48,646 nt of DNA from contig NC_068991.1 of the NCBI RefSeq assembly GCF_001194135.2, forward strand, positions 1,337,745-1,386,390. The letters run 5' to 3'. A program made the translations under genes and the position numbers. Under the pieces are notes generated by a model. That model did not search any database, had not been told where the DNA came from, and saw only the letters and a list, made by a program, of their open reading frames with translations. Shown one piece after another: positions 48,290 through 48,646 of this stretch. Position 1 is the stretch's first letter. Each line of letters begins with the position of its first letter. This stretch comes from Octopus bimaculoides (lineage: Eukaryota).

Positions 48290-48646
48290 ATAATGTAACA
48301 TTTTTGTAAGCATGAATTAATATAAATGTATATTTTTTATCTTGTATCACTATATATTCACAAACTATGTATGTATATCTACGTGTGTGTGTATAAACAT
48401 GTATAAATTCGGACACACACATATACAAGCATGCACATACACACGCACACACATATCTATATATATATATATATTATATATATATATATATATTTACATA
48501 TGTATATTTATATTTACAAGCTAAATCATATATGTATGTATGTATATATGTCTGAGTCAAATTTATTAAATATATGTAACGCCTACCAGAAATGCTGAGA
48601 GCCACTTTCGTTCGTTTGTTCACTCACTCGTGTTTATATATATATA
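46680..48646. repeat. Extended compound microsatellite field (CT, AT, CA, cryptic RY repeats)
   Basis: Directly visible. It accounts for the many H/T/Y/I/C/V-rich ORFs in the track. Confidence 0.95.

Noticed and set aside
1-48646. Long ORFs in the supplied track (YI, HT, CV, ER, LS repeats and poly-X)
   Set aside because: They are translations of dinucleotide microsatellites or run through N-gaps, and show no domain content.

Overview
This is AT-rich, microsatellite-saturated eukaryotic DNA from a short-read-type scaffold. It has 12 N-gaps, most of them abutting (AT)n, (CA)n or (GA)n tracts. I recall the SINE families as typical of Octopus (coleoid cephalopod), so that origin is an inference, not a database result. 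I find no defensible host protein-coding exon, RNA gene or CRISPR array. Almost every ORF in the supplied track is a translation of a microsatellite, an N-gap or a repeat. The window is an intronic or intergenic transposon graveyard. Manual translation reveals decayed fragments of Penelope-like elements, R4/Dong LINEs (RLE domain), L1-Tx1 LINEs, RTE LINEs, an I/Jockey-group LINE, a mariner, a Chapaev3-like (CMC) DNA transposon and a Tc1/mariner MITE. There are also at least five dispersed SINE-like families. The most interesting signal is structural: several fold-back or inverted arrangements, some centred on alternating purine-pyrimidine microsatellites. If transcribed, these would form dsRNA, which matters in a lineage known for heavy A-to-I editing. 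Family letters A-E and X are my own working labels.
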